DNA of 53,468 nucleotides. Source: a virus (lineage: Duplodnaviria > Caudoviricetes). The DNA lies in IMG/VR virus record IMGVR_UViG_3300019132_000024, positions 1-53,468 of that record. One strand, 5' to 3'. Shown here piece after piece: positions 9,354 through 20,116 of this stretch. A program made the translations under genes and the position numbers. A model generated the notes under the pieces. The model was not told the origin of the DNA. It saw only the letters and a list, made by a program, of their open reading frames with translations, and ran no database searches. Each line of letters opens with the position of its first letter. Positions within the stretch are counted from its first letter, which is position 1.

Positions 9354-9381
9354 AAAGAAAAAGCCGCTCTCAGGAGCGGCT
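9354..9381 (-). terminator. Intrinsic terminator between tail and lysis genes
   Basis: AGCCGCTC-CTGA-GAGCGGCT stem followed by TTTTCTTT on the minus strand. Confidence 0.75.
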
Positions 9382-9406
9382 CGTGGAAGCGACGATTTGC
9401 ACCCGA

Positions 9407-9877
9407 TCAGGCAGGCAGTGCGTGGGCCTGCTCCATAAGAGCGTCCATCGTGGGCTCATCGATGCCCACCCCGGCTGCGATCAGCGGCACAAAGACGCCG
9501 TCCCTGTCGAACTCGGTTCCGCGCTCGAGCGCCTCTTCGGCAGCAGCTTTCTGCAACCGATCCGCCATGCCGGCGATGTAGGCCTGGACCGCATCGAAGA
9601 GAGTTCCATCGCCGTGCGGCGTCACCTTCATGATCGTGCGGGCCCGCCACATGGCGACAACGCGCGGCGCCGGCGGCGGAGGAGGAGGCACGTACTCTTC
9701 GGGCACCCCGCCATCGGCCAGGAATCGCTCGTAAGCCTCGCGGATCTCACCAGACTCCGGGGGCGGGAGGGGCGTGTTCCACTCCGTGTCCCCAATTTTC
9801 ACGATACCCTTGCGCGGAGCGTCGGGCGCTTCCGGATTGGCTGGTTCGGTGTAGCGAACGTGCACTGTCATGTTCAA
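9407..9877 (-). CDS. Tail fibre assembly/chaperone-like protein
   Basis: Overlaps the fibre stop; YVPPPPPP linker typical of this position. Confidence 0.6.
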   Translation of the reverse strand: MNMTVHVRYTEPANPEAPDAPRKGIVKIGDTEWNTPLPPPESGEIREAYERFLADGGVPEEYVPPPPPPAPRVVAMWRARTIMKVTPHGDGTLFDAVQAYIAGMADRLQKAAAEEALERGTEFDRDGVFVPLIAAGVGIDEPTMDALMEQAHALPA

Positions 9878-12800
9878 AGCTCCGCGTTAAAGTCCATGAC
9901 CGCAGTCCAGAAAGCGTTCCCTGAGGCTGTCGAAACGCCGTGGATGCGAACACAGTCCGGCCATACGGAAACGTTGACCTGCGCATTGTTGATGTTCTCG
10001 TCGATGCGGATCGTCGCGTAGCTCGGGAAGGCACGCATCGGTGTGGGGAAGTCGATCTGGTTCCCGTACAGTGCGCTCCCCGCGAAGCAGTTGCCGATGA
10101 TCGATACGTTCTTACGGAGGAAGTACCGCGCGCACAGGCGAAACTCTTCCGGGTAGGAGCGGTAGTCGTACTCGGTCGCAGCATAGCCAGCCTCCAGTTG
10201 GAGATCGGCAACGTTCACGTACCGGGCCAGCGTATCGAGGAGGTTGGAGATTCCCGGAGCGGCAAGGTAGTTGCCGCTGAGCCAGCCACCCTCGGACGGT
10301 GCGCGATAGGTCGTGCCGCAGGCTACGGCGATGGTGAACTCCAGGAAGGTGCCGGTGGACACGTTCCAAGTGCCGTCGCTGCATCCGGGAATCGTCACGC
10401 GGTAAGTACCCGCGCCCGCTGCGAGAGTGACATTCTTAACGTAGGATCGGGTGCCGTCGGCATTCCTTACTGCCACAGAGACAACAGTGTTCGGAACCGA
10501 CGGTAGAGCGCGGAACGAAATGGTGATGGGTTTGGCTTGAGGTGTTCCCCATTTCAGATCCAGCGCGTGGACGCCCTCTACCCGCTGACCAAGCGCCACG
10601 TAGTCACCCGCCGCGAGCGAGGCCTTAGCCCCGGTGCACTGAATATAGGCGTGGATCGTAGAGGCCAGGGACGTGTCCGTATTGCCCGCTATGCCGCAGT
10701 TCACACTGACTGTCCCGCTGTGAAGGAGGCGCCATCTGTCGGCCGGATAAGCACCCGTCGCGGATACAGCAGCGTCGCCCCGCTGACGCACGATGAAGCA
10801 GGCGTTGATGAGGCGGTTCTTCATGGCCACCGCAGGCGCGCCGAGGTTATCGAGAGCCTGCTGTCGCTGTGCTGCTGTGAGTGTCTGCGCCGCGTCGAAA
10901 CGGAGTCGGTTGCTCAGGGATGTGAGAACGGTCGTGGCGAAGTTGGGATCGTCCCCAAGAGCCGCCGCCAACTCATCCAGCGTGTCGAGAGCGCCCGGAG
11001 CCCCGGTCACTAGAGCATCTATGGCCGACTTTACGAAAGCCGTCGTGGCGATCTGCGTTGTATTGGTGCCCGTCGCCGCCGTCGGAGCCGTCGGCGTGCC
11101 CGTCAGAGCCGGGGAAGCGAGGTTCGCTTTTTTGCCGAGCTCCGTATCGACGTAGCTCTTATCGGCCTTCTGACCCACCGTGGACTCGAGAGCCGCGAGC
11201 ACAGCCTTGTCGGCCTTCTTGTCCAGATCCCACGGCGTCGGCACCCGCTGCGGCGCCAGGGCATCCACGCCGTTGATCGGCTCGCGATAGGCCACGGCCT
11301 GCGCCCCGCCCGCGAACAGCCTGAAGCCGCCACGCGAGGCGACGGACTTCATGATGTCGTTGGTCAGGGCGATGGACCCAAGCGCCTCGAAATAGTTGAT
11401 ACGCCGGAACCGCACGAACTCAGACACACCGTCACCGGTGCCAGCGACAAGGGTGTTGCGCTGCTCGTCAAAGTCGATGTCATTGACCACGTTCGACGCG
11501 CCGCCGAGGAAGCACTTGGACCCGGCCTGGAAGAGCGGGAGCTCGTCGCGGTAGATCTGGCGGCTCTGCTCGTCGGTCGGGCAATAGGCGGCGGCGCGCA
11601 GCAAGGCGACCGCTCCCGGGAAGAAGGCGTTCGCGCCGGGCGCGCTGTTGCCGTTGCCCGCGCCGACGGTAAAGCGCGCGTCAGGGAAGGATACGTCTTG
11701 CGTGCTCGCGGCGGTTCCGACAAGCTCCCCGTTCACCTTAAGCCTAAGAACGCCGGAACGGCGGGACGCTTCTATCAGGACGGGCCGATTGGCCGCGAGA
11801 TAGCCGTTTGCTGCGATTTGCACTGGGCCCACAGCGAAGGCGAGGTTGACGCCATTCTGGACAATCGAGATCCGGCCCGCTGGCCCCGTGCTGTTGGTGC
11901 GGCGGAGGATATAGGCGTTTGTCGCCGTGTCGGTGTACGGCATTGCCCAGATCAGATAGGAGAAGTCTCCCGTGCCGAAATCAAGCTCCGGGCTGGCAGG
12001 CATCTCCAAGTAGTCAGTGAGTGAGAATCCGGCAGTCCACGTCAGGTCCGCTCCCGAAGCCACAGTCGTCCGCTGGAGAGTGCCAACGACGTTGAGGCCC
12101 TTGCCCTTGTAAGAGCGGTCAGGGACGGCAGGGGTGACAGTAACGTTGTCTACGAAGCCCGCCGCCGTGGATCCTGCACCCTTGTAGAACTGGAAGTAAG
12201 TCTCGGTTGTCGCGGCGGTGAACTGAAGCGTAACCCGGCCCGTCCTTGCGACCACAGACCCGAGATCCGTCCCCGCGTGACCTGAGCGGCTTGCGGCAAC
12301 GGTCATGTCCTGACCGGTGGTCAGGTCGGCGGTCAGAACGTATGTCTGCCCCGGGATCGTTACGATCTTTTGCGAGACACGGGCCGAAGAGGTCGCGGAA
12401 GTCGTGAGCTTCGCCGCGCCATTGTCCCAAGTAACGGAGCCCGTGCCATCCCCGGTCGTGATTTCCCACCCCGTCAAATCAGACACAAACGCGCCATTCG
12501 TGACGATCACAGGGCGCACAGACACGTTGTCGAGGGACGTCGAGGGACTGCCGGCGCCACGATAGAACTGGAGGTAGGAAGTGGCCGTAGTGGCGATGAA
12601 CTCGAAGCTGTGCGTCCCGGCCCCGGAAACCGAGCGAGCGGAGAGGAGTTGAGTGCCGCCGTCCGTCGTGCCGATGGACAGGTTGAGAGCTCCGGAGGTA
12701 TCGAACTCCAACCGATACGAAGTCCCGGGAATCGTCGTGAGAGTCTGGCGGATATAGACGGTGCTGGATGCCGTCGACACCAGAAGGGCGGCGCCGCCGG

Positions 12801-15114
12801 ACCATGTGATTGAACCGTCCGTGCCAGTGAAGAGGCGCCAGCTCGTCAGGTCGCGATCGAAGGTGCCGTTGACTACGACATCTTCCTTCACCGACACGTT
12901 GTCGATGGCCATGGAAGCGTTGGTGCCGCTTACGCTGAAGGTCAGGTACGAGGTCGGGCCCGAGGCAACAAAGCTGTAGATCTTGCGCCCTGCGCTGCCG
13001 ATAGACCCCGCCGGGATCAGGCTCCCGTCCGTATGCGCCCCAACGCCCACGCGGAAGAAGCCGCTTCCCGTCACAAGGTCGAAGGACACCCGATAGGCTT
13101 TGCCCGCCACCGTAGGGATCGTTGTCCAGGCGAATCCGGAGCCGCTAGCGACGGAGATTACCAGATTGCCGGTCGGGGACGCGGTCAGCGTCGTGTTGGC
13201 ATCGGAACTCCAGCCCGCCGTGTCGGCAAAGGCCGAGCCGTTCGACACAAGCTCCGGATAGTCCGAGACGTTGCCGACGGCGCCCTCGCCCAAGGCAGCA
13301 AGCCTGATGTCGCCGGGTTGCCAGCCGGTGACGTAATTGATGGTCGCGTAGCTGACCATGCTGCTCGCTTTGTCGGCAGCTTTGGCGAGGAAAGTGAGTC
13401 CTGCCGACGAGGACTTATTGCCGATGGCGTCGTCGGACACGACACCCACCCACCCTCCGAGCGGGCGCGGGAAGTTGGCAATCGGGTTCCATTCTGTCTG
13501 GTGCTGCGTCGAGAGAATGTCCGCCGTGAGCATGGCGTAGTCGCGCACGATACCGGTTCCACCGACGGCCGCGCGGATCGTGCCATCCTTGAGAAGCCGC
13601 ACCGACCATGCCGTGCTGCCCGTCATATCCCAAACGGTGCCGTTCGGTAGAATGACCGAGAAGCCCGACTGTGTTCCGACAACAATGTGAGGGATCGGCA
13701 AGCCTGCCGCATTGAGCGGAGCGCCGGGAAGAACCTCGGCGTGAACGTCGTGTACCTGAGACGAGACGATGACCGGCAGGCTGTCGTCCAAGATATGTCC
13801 ATTCGCGACAGTGGCGTTGATGATGCCCTTGGCCCTGCCGCCCGCCGCCGCCGACGTGCCGGGATAGCGCCCGAACTCGTCAATCGACCAATCGATGTAG
13901 CAGAGTCCGGAGGCCCCATCCTCCGCACTGCCGATGTCGATGCCCCACAGAAGGAGCCCGTTTCGAGCCCAAACGCATTTTCCTGCGCGCTGCGCCTGAC
14001 GCCACAACTCAGCGCCGGCATGAGGGCCTGCCGCCGGGAAGATCGACTTCCACAGACGCGGGGTGCCCGTAGCGGTATCGAGATCCTGAAGGTCAAGAAT
14101 GTCCAGGCGTCCAGCCCGAAGCACGATGCCGGCCACAACCGGATGCTCGCGCCGTCCGCCGCGCACATTGGCGACGTTCAGGGGCTCATTGAAGTAAGTC
14201 GTCCAGCCGCACTTATAGATCCACTGGCCCCGGTCGTCGTCCAGCGTCGTGTCATAGACGAAGGTATCGACAACGCCCGTCGCGGACACCACCACCTTGT
14301 TGAGCAGGTCGTAGTAGAGCTTGCTCGCCGGTCCCGAGCCCGCCTGACCGGCCGACTGCGCCGACTGCTGCGCCGACTGTGCGGAAGAATCGCGGGCGGT
14401 CTTGGCTTCGGCGGCATGAGTGGCGATGGTGGCAACGCTGGCGTCGGCGCTCGCCTTGGCAGTCTCGGCGCGGTTTGCTTCGGAGGCCGACCTGTTGGCC
14501 TCAGTGACTGCCCTATCAGCCTCACCCTTGGACCGGTCAGCCTCGATCTTGGACACCTGCGAGTAGTGCTTGGAGCTGAACTCACCGTCAGCCACCGCGC
14601 CGGTCATCTTGTTCGCCCACTCGCGAGCCAGCGAGGCCGCGGCCACAGCCTCGGCCATTGCGGCCGGTTGATCCGCCTGTAGCCGCTGACCGTTCGACCA
14701 GTCGTTGGAACCAGGGCCGGTCTTGGCGTAGAGCAGGAACGGATCAACGTCCGTGCGCAGATAGAAGAACGGCGGCAGCTGGTTGTTGTACTGTGCGCGA
14801 TTGGCAAGCGTACCGGAAGCATCAGGCTTCAGGGGCAGGCCACCCTCCAGGCGCTCGATGAGTTCGACAACCTTCCTGCTCACCGTCGCAGTGGAGCGCC
14901 AATACTCGCCCCAATTGAGGATCGTGTAATCCTCGCCCGCGATCGTCGGGCCAGACCAGGGCTTCTGAAGCACAATGCGGGATGTCGTCGGGGCGCTGGC
15001 AATCGCCGCCACATACCCGCCCGCGATGAGCAGATCGCCCTCGGCGGCCACAAAGTTCGTGAGGTCGCCAATAACCTCTTGGCTACCGTGTTCGATAGAA
15101 ACCGTGTCGGCCAT
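9874..15114 (-). CDS. Large modular tail fibre / receptor-binding protein
   Basis: Ala-rich coil, three NGxF-x3-4-TxW carbohydrate-binding-like repeats, LamG-like domain, ASPALTGTPTAPT/LDTLDELAAALGDDPNF fibre repeat, KNRLIN...QR C-terminal domain. Confidence 0.85.
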   Translation of the reverse strand: MADTVSIEHGSQEVIGDLTNFVAAEGDLLIAGGYVAAIASAPTTSRIVLQKPWSGPTIAGEDYTILNWGEYWRSTATVSRKVVELIERLEGGLPLKPDASGTLANRAQYNNQLPPFFYLRTDVDPFLLYAKTGPGSNDWSNGQRLQADQPAAMAEAVAAASLAREWANKMTGAVADGEFSSKHYSQVSKIEADRSKGEADRAVTEANRSASEANRAETAKASADASVATIATHAAEAKTARDSSAQSAQQSAQSAGQAGSGPASKLYYDLLNKVVVSATGVVDTFVYDTTLDDDRGQWIYKCGWTTYFNEPLNVANVRGGRREHPVVAGIVLRAGRLDILDLQDLDTATGTPRLWKSIFPAAGPHAGAELWRQAQRAGKCVWARNGLLLWGIDIGSAEDGASGLCYIDWSIDEFGRYPGTSAAAGGRAKGIINATVANGHILDDSLPVIVSSQVHDVHAEVLPGAPLNAAGLPIPHIVVGTQSGFSVILPNGTVWDMTGSTAWSVRLLKDGTIRAAVGGTGIVRDYAMLTADILSTQHQTEWNPIANFPRPLGGWVGVVSDDAIGNKSSSAGLTFLAKAADKASSMVSYATINYVTGWQPGDIRLAALGEGAVGNVSDYPELVSNGSAFADTAGWSSDANTTLTASPTGNLVISVASGSGFAWTTIPTVAGKAYRVSFDLVTGSGFFRVGVGAHTDGSLIPAGSIGSAGRKIYSFVASGPTSYLTFSVSGTNASMAIDNVSVKEDVVVNGTFDRDLTSWRLFTGTDGSITWSGGAALLVSTASSTVYIRQTLTTIPGTSYRLEFDTSGALNLSIGTTDGGTQLLSARSVSGAGTHSFEFIATTATSYLQFYRGAGSPSTSLDNVSVRPVIVTNGAFVSDLTGWEITTGDGTGSVTWDNGAAKLTTSATSSARVSQKIVTIPGQTYVLTADLTTGQDMTVAASRSGHAGTDLGSVVARTGRVTLQFTAATTETYFQFYKGAGSTAAGFVDNVTVTPAVPDRSYKGKGLNVVGTLQRTTVASGADLTWTAGFSLTDYLEMPASPELDFGTGDFSYLIWAMPYTDTATNAYILRRTNSTGPAGRISIVQNGVNLAFAVGPVQIAANGYLAANRPVLIEASRRSGVLRLKVNGELVGTAASTQDVSFPDARFTVGAGNGNSAPGANAFFPGAVALLRAAAYCPTDEQSRQIYRDELPLFQAGSKCFLGGASNVVNDIDFDEQRNTLVAGTGDGVSEFVRFRRINYFEALGSIALTNDIMKSVASRGGFRLFAGGAQAVAYREPINGVDALAPQRVPTPWDLDKKADKAVLAALESTVGQKADKSYVDTELGKKANLASPALTGTPTAPTAATGTNTTQIATTAFVKSAIDALVTGAPGALDTLDELAAALGDDPNFATTVLTSLSNRLRFDAAQTLTAAQRQQALDNLGAPAVAMKNRLINACFIVRQRGDAAVSATGAYPADRWRLLHSGTVSVNCGIAGNTDTSLASTIHAYIQCTGAKASLAAGDYVALGQRVEGVHALDLKWGTPQAKPITISFRALPSVPNTVVSVAVRNADGTRSYVKNVTLAAGAGTYRVTIPGCSDGTWNVSTGTFLEFTIAVACGTTYRAPSEGGWLSGNYLAAPGISNLLDTLARYVNVADLQLEAGYAATEYDYRSYPEEFRLCARYFLRKNVSIIGNCFAGSALYGNQIDFPTPMRAFPSYATIRIDENINNAQVNVSVWPDCVRIHGVSTASGNAFWTAVMDFNAEL

Positions 15115-15314
15115 CACTTCACCCCGGACTTCTTGTATGTGGACTTCACCCCTTCACAGGCCTCGACCCATGCCACGGTTTCTCGCGGTAGCTCGTGCCC
15201 CTGATCGACTAGCGCACGGAAGCCTTTTTGGATCGCATCGAGGGCATCTCCGAGTGGCGGATAGGCCCGCGCGCGAAGAGGGCGGTAGTCCCTCTTGTGT
15301 TCAATCTTCGCCAT
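15114..15314 (-). CDS. Small tail-associated protein
   Basis: RARAYPPLGDALDAI...VKSTYKK; overlaps both neighbours. Confidence 0.6.
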   Translation of the reverse strand: MAKIEHKRDYRPLRARAYPPLGDALDAIQKGFRALVDQGHELPRETVAWVEACEGVKSTYKKSGVK

Positions 15315-15777
15315 TGAAGACCACCTCAAACTCGCCTGGCGTGTGCCGCACAGACTCCACCACGACGCGGTACGTGCCAGGGTGCTCGAACGACAGTTCC
15401 GCAACCCCGTCCTCGACCTCGTACACCTCAGCCCCAGCCGGGTCGTGCACGGTCACGCGCGCAGGCACGGGCAGCTCACGCAGCACAAGGCCGTCCAGCA
15501 CTGCCGGGCAGCGGGACTTGGGACGCACCCGCATGCGCTCCAGATCGACATAGAAGGACACTGGGTCGCCGATCGCCGGGAGCCAGTGAAAGTCGCCAGC
15601 CGCTTCCAGGCGCTCCAGGCTCGCGACCGGCTGATTGCCAAAGCTGGTGATGTCGCCGGTGGTCTTGTCGTACCGGACATAATCGACGCGGCGATACTCG
15701 TTGTTGTGCGAGCCGTCGAGCTGACGGTCGTTGGCGAGGTAGGCCATACGCCTACGCTGGGCCGCAGACATCTTCAT
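15301..15777 (-). CDS. Tail-associated hypothetical protein
   Basis: Coupled to the tip gene stop; C-terminal PGTYRVVV Ig-like strand. Confidence 0.6.
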   Translation of the reverse strand: MKMSAAQRRRMAYLANDRQLDGSHNNEYRRVDYVRYDKTTGDITSFGNQPVASLERLEAAGDFHWLPAIGDPVSFYVDLERMRVRPKSRCPAVLDGLVLRELPVPARVTVHDPAGAEVYEVEDGVAELSFEHPGTYRVVVESVRHTPGEFEVVFNGED

Positions 15778-18700
15778 TTCGAGAGCTCCAGAACGTAGAT
15801 GGCGACACCGCCCATAAAGTCGTCCTCGACGCGGTAGGTGTGAACGCCCTTGGCCGGGCGGTCGATGGCGATGATCGTGGTCTGAAGGGTGTAGAGGCCT
15901 GCGCCAGAGTTGCCCTGGATGATGTAGTGGTTGTTCGTCAGGCTGCGAATCTCGTTACCGTCCCGAAGAATGCGCAGAGTGCCAGCATTGCCGATGGGAC
16001 GCAGCGTGCCCGGCTGACCGTAGTAGGTGGCCAGAATGAGCACTCGACCACCGCGCACGTTGATGCTGATCATAGCGGCAAGGCCCGTGCTCGCATCGGC
16101 CGCGTCGTTCGACACCGCGCTGTCTAGAATGGACTCGTTGTGGACAACGAGAGAGCCGACCTGGAGCTGGCCCGTAATGATCGCCTGATCTGTACGAAGC
16201 TTGGCTCCCTGTATGGTGCCGGTAACAACGAGGTCACCGTGGATGCCGAACTCTGACTGGAACGAGCCATCGAGGCGCCGAAACCCGGTGAGTCGGTATC
16301 CGCCGACCGCAGCGCCGTCCACGGTGAACGCGACGCCATGCTCTAGGCGCACGTTATTCACCTTGCCCTGAGCGTCATTAGCGGTGGCCGTGACGCTCGA
16401 CAGTTGAGTGATGACGCCACCCGAGCCGTTGATCTGAGCACTCAGGGAGGTGATGAACGTCGCGGTCGCTTCCCCACCCGTGCCGGTCAGCCCGACGGCG
16501 GTTTTGAGATCCTGGGTAAGCTGCGCTAGGGCCGTGAAGCCTGTGGTGGGATTGTTGGCGCGGCTCTCGAGCGTTGTTGTGCGCTCCGCAACAGCCTCGA
16601 TACTTCCCTCGGTTGTGCTGACGCGGGTCTGAAGGGACTCGATAGCGCTTGCAGATGCGCTCAACCCTGTCTCAGGGTCGTTAAGGCGCGCAGTGATTGT
16701 CGTGATCAGCTCGGCCAAGGCCTCGTCCTCGCTGACGCGAAGGCGGGCTTCCTCAAGGATGGCGGCGTGTGCGTTATCGATTGCGACCTTGATTAGGTTG
16801 CGCTGTTCGTAAGAGTGAACATCCTCGGTCGCAGCGGCGCTCGCCAGTTCCTCGACCTTATCGTTGAGTTTCTTCAGGTTGTCGCGAAGGGTGCGCTCAC
16901 CGATCTCAGAGATGGCGCGGATGTCCCGCTTCACCTGCTCCGAGAGCATTTCCATCTCAAGGATGAGGTCGGCGATCTCGCTGTTGATGACCGGCTTGAA
17001 GAGTTGAACCGTGGTGAAGACCGGATCGGAGGGAACGCCGCGACCGTTGATGGCATAGGCTCGGACCTGAACCTCGACACCCTCGCGGTACTCGACCACA
17101 TAGCTGCCGCTGGTCGCCTCGGCGTAGTGGATGTTTTGCCACTCGCCGCCCGCACCATAGGCGATATCGACCCTGTAAAGCCGGCACCCTCTAGCGCCGG
17201 CGGCGGCCCACTCCAACACCAGCGCTGTTGCCTTCTGAACCAAGTGGGCTCTCACCCATGGCAGGATCGGCGTCAGCTCGGCTTCATCGAGAATAACCTC
17301 CTTGATCGGCGGCGCCGGCGGGATCGCTTCGCCGAGCACCTGCCAGACCTCGGGCGCGTCATAGACGGCCGTGATCTGGATCCGGTCGAGGCCTTCGGGC
17401 TTCGCTGTGCGGATGATGTAGGGCCGGGCAAGTTCCGTCAGCGTGCCGATCAGTGCCGTGACCGGCAGGCGCCGGTTGGGCTTGCCGAACAGGCTCGTCA
17501 GCGTGCGGCCCGTCGTCTGCTCGATCACTGCCACGTCGTCGGCGTCGAGCGTAATGGTGCGCGGCCCGCTGGCCGTGATCGCGAGCGGCCCCCATTCCTG
17601 CCCTTGCTGGTCGCGCAGGACGGCATGAGTGCCGGCGGGCAGCGTCACGTCCGCGTCGAGCGTCAGGGTAAGGCCGGCGCGGGCGTCAACGCCCACGGCA
17701 ACCGTCGTGTCGAGGAACCATGTATCGATCCGAGCGCGGTCGTTCCGCTCCACGATCCGCCCGGCGCGCTCCATGGTGAGGCTGCGCGTCTCGCGGCGGT
17801 AGTAGGCCGAGGCGGCGAACCACTTCGCCAGCATATAGGCGTGATCATGGTCCGAGACGCCAAAGAGCTGCTTGCGGGTCGGCGTGAGCGTCTGAGCGCC
17901 GATCGTCGCCCGCACCTCGCCCCGGCGGTTCGTGTCGCCGTCAACGAAGTATTCGCCGATGATGTCGCTCTCGCCCCCGCCCACGTCGAGGTCGAAGTCG
18001 GCGCCGCTCGTGTCCTTGACGATCTGCCGGCGCGTGATGACGTGCCCGGCATAGGGGCGCGGTTCGTCGCGCACCATCGACCACACGTCGCCAATCATCG
18101 TCGGCTCGGCGCGGATCACGCCCAGGACCGTCGCGGCCGCCTCATAGACCGACACAGGCCCCCGGATCTGGCCGTCGAAGGTGTCGTGTTCGTTGAGCGT
18201 CAGGGCATAGTGCCGGAAGGTGTCGAGGTCGATCTTGCTGTCCGGGTAGGCGCCGCCATAGACTCGGTTCCGCAGGATGTCGAGCGCCGCCCAGACCGCC
18301 TTCCGTGTCGGCTGCTCCACCCAGGCCGAGCCGTTCCAAATCGGCAGGATCTTCGTCGTCTCGACCCAGATGTCGGAAAAGGTCATGGTGCTACCCATGG
18401 CCTCGGCCGAGATCTTCATCGCGATTTCCTGCACGTCCGGGCGCAGCGGCTCGTTGAACAGGTGCGCGCGCAGGCCGTCCCAGGTCAGGGCGGTGGCGGC
18501 CGAAACGCCCTGCTCCTCCAGCTCAGGCAGGAGGCGCGTGACGTGGTTGCGGGCGCGCACGGCCCAGCGGCCCGAGGGGACGTTGACGAACTTGGTCTTG
18601 CGCACCGCCCGGGTGGCAACGCCCTCGCCGATGTCCTCGAACAGCAGCCTCCAAGGGCCGATGACACGGCCGTCCTCATCGATCTCGGCGTACTGCACGA

Positions 18701-19703
18701 TGATGCCGTAGGAGCACGGCATCTTGTTCGGGCGCTTCGGGTGCTGGATCCAGTAGCCCTGCGGCCAAGTGTAATCGATCTGGATGCGCTTGGTCAGTAC
18801 CCCCGGCTCCGTCACCGGGAAAGGGCCAATCCACTCGATGTCGCCTTCCTGCGCCGGCAGCTCCGTACCTGCCACGGACTCGGACGAATAGACCGCGCCT
18901 GGCACAAGATCGCTTTCCTCGCCCGGTTGCAGGATCTCCACTTGAGCCTTCGTGAACGGCGGGCGCAGGCCTCCGTTCTCGGTCCACATCAGCGCTTGGC
19001 CGACGCGGATCGCGTGAACCTTGTAGGGTCCGGCGCCGACGGTCACCTTCTTGAGTAGGATCTGGTCGGAGTCTTCGCCGCCGGTGTAGATAAAATAATC
19101 GGCCTGGCTGAGATCCGGCTGGTGCCAGACGCGGCCATAGTTGATCGGAATGCGATCGCCGGGGCGCGGGAGGTTGCCGCCGCCCGAGACGCCATAGACT
19201 GGACGCGAGTCGGCTTCCGTATTCGCCTTGGCCTGGGTGGCTTTAGAGAGCAGATAGGCCGCACCGGCCACGATACCGGCCGCCACGACCTTGCCGGCGA
19301 GCGTCAGGCCCGCCGTGGTGCCGAGCACGCCGCCGAGGCCAAGGCTGGGCGCGATTGCGCCGACCAGCCACGGAGCCGCCACGGCGAGCGCAAAAGCAGC
19401 AACCGCCGCGCCGATGGCCTTGCCACCCCCGCCGCTGCTGCCGCCCATGGCTCCGCCGAGCGGCAGATAGGTAATCACGACCGTATCGTGCGGGCCGACG
19501 AGGGTTTTTCTCCAGTCCTTGCGCAGACGCACCGTGTCGTCGGACGGCTGGAGCAGCGCTCCCTTGCGGTGGACGCTGACGATGCACGGACGGCCCTTCA
19601 CGCGGCGGACCGCCAGCGTGGACAGGCGGCGGCGCCGGGGCGCGAGCGTCTGCGGCGCGCGGAGGTCTTCGCCTACGTCGCTTCTGTGCAGGATCAGGGT
19701 CAT
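15774..19703 (-). CDS. Tail tip / host specificity protein (TipJ-like) with an N-terminal gpI-like region
   Basis: IPINYGRV motif, FN3-like region, C-terminal coiled coil; follows the M/L/K-like genes. Confidence 0.85.
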   Translation of the reverse strand: MTLILHRSDVGEDLRAPQTLAPRRRRLSTLAVRRVKGRPCIVSVHRKGALLQPSDDTVRLRKDWRKTLVGPHDTVVITYLPLGGAMGGSSGGGGKAIGAAVAAFALAVAAPWLVGAIAPSLGLGGVLGTTAGLTLAGKVVAAGIVAGAAYLLSKATQAKANTEADSRPVYGVSGGGNLPRPGDRIPINYGRVWHQPDLSQADYFIYTGGEDSDQILLKKVTVGAGPYKVHAIRVGQALMWTENGGLRPPFTKAQVEILQPGEESDLVPGAVYSSESVAGTELPAQEGDIEWIGPFPVTEPGVLTKRIQIDYTWPQGYWIQHPKRPNKMPCSYGIIVQYAEIDEDGRVIGPWRLLFEDIGEGVATRAVRKTKFVNVPSGRWAVRARNHVTRLLPELEEQGVSAATALTWDGLRAHLFNEPLRPDVQEIAMKISAEAMGSTMTFSDIWVETTKILPIWNGSAWVEQPTRKAVWAALDILRNRVYGGAYPDSKIDLDTFRHYALTLNEHDTFDGQIRGPVSVYEAAATVLGVIRAEPTMIGDVWSMVRDEPRPYAGHVITRRQIVKDTSGADFDLDVGGGESDIIGEYFVDGDTNRRGEVRATIGAQTLTPTRKQLFGVSDHDHAYMLAKWFAASAYYRRETRSLTMERAGRIVERNDRARIDTWFLDTTVAVGVDARAGLTLTLDADVTLPAGTHAVLRDQQGQEWGPLAITASGPRTITLDADDVAVIEQTTGRTLTSLFGKPNRRLPVTALIGTLTELARPYIIRTAKPEGLDRIQITAVYDAPEVWQVLGEAIPPAPPIKEVILDEAELTPILPWVRAHLVQKATALVLEWAAAGARGCRLYRVDIAYGAGGEWQNIHYAEATSGSYVVEYREGVEVQVRAYAINGRGVPSDPVFTTVQLFKPVINSEIADLILEMEMLSEQVKRDIRAISEIGERTLRDNLKKLNDKVEELASAAATEDVHSYEQRNLIKVAIDNAHAAILEEARLRVSEDEALAELITTITARLNDPETGLSASASAIESLQTRVSTTEGSIEAVAERTTTLESRANNPTTGFTALAQLTQDLKTAVGLTGTGGEATATFITSLSAQINGSGGVITQLSSVTATANDAQGKVNNVRLEHGVAFTVDGAAVGGYRLTGFRRLDGSFQSEFGIHGDLVVTGTIQGAKLRTDQAIITGQLQVGSLVVHNESILDSAVSNDAADASTGLAAMISINVRGGRVLILATYYGQPGTLRPIGNAGTLRILRDGNEIRSLTNNHYIIQGNSGAGLYTLQTTIIAIDRPAKGVHTYRVEDDFMGGVAIYVLELSK

Positions 19704-19705
19704 GT

Positions 19706-20116
19706 CTAACCGTTGTTGGGGACGTACCAGCGCGGCACCCAGCCGCGGCGCTGAAGTTGGAGGATCGTGTCAAACACAACGCCATGCGGGAGGTCGCTGT
19801 GCAGGACGCCGCCGGCGCCGAGGGCGAGATACACCCCGGCATGCTCCAGATCGGACGGGTTGCCCCCGATGCGGTACATGCGGGCGACCGCGCCATGCTC
19901 CGGGGCCGGGACCTCGCGCCAACCGACCGTCTCGGCCTCGACGGCGAACAGCTCGCGGCGCTTTTCCCGGGCGGGCACGGCGAGCGGCCCAAGCGGCACC
20001 TCGCGCCCGAAGAGGTCGCGCTGCACCTGGGCCACCAGCGCCCAGCAATGGCAGCCACGCCGCTCCCACGGCCGGCCGATCAGGCCGTCGACATAGGCCG
20101 CGAGATCAGGCGCCAT
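19706..20116 (-). CDS. NlpC/P60-type tail tip protein (gpK-like)
   Basis: HCWALV, HAGVY and VLH catalytic motifs. Confidence 0.8.
   Translation of the reverse strand: MAPDLAAYVDGLIGRPWERRGCHCWALVAQVQRDLFGREVPLGPLAVPAREKRRELFAVEAETVGWREVPAPEHGAVARMYRIGGNPSDLEHAGVYLALGAGGVLHSDLPHGVVFDTILQLQRRGWVPRWYVPNNG

Noticed and set aside
16815-19058. 747-aa plus-strand ORF and the many other long ORFs antisense to structural genes (e.g. 13687-14682, 26072-27010, 51021-52226)
   Set aside because: Shadow ORFs of GC-rich coding DNA; no motifs, and they fully overlap well-supported minus-strand genes
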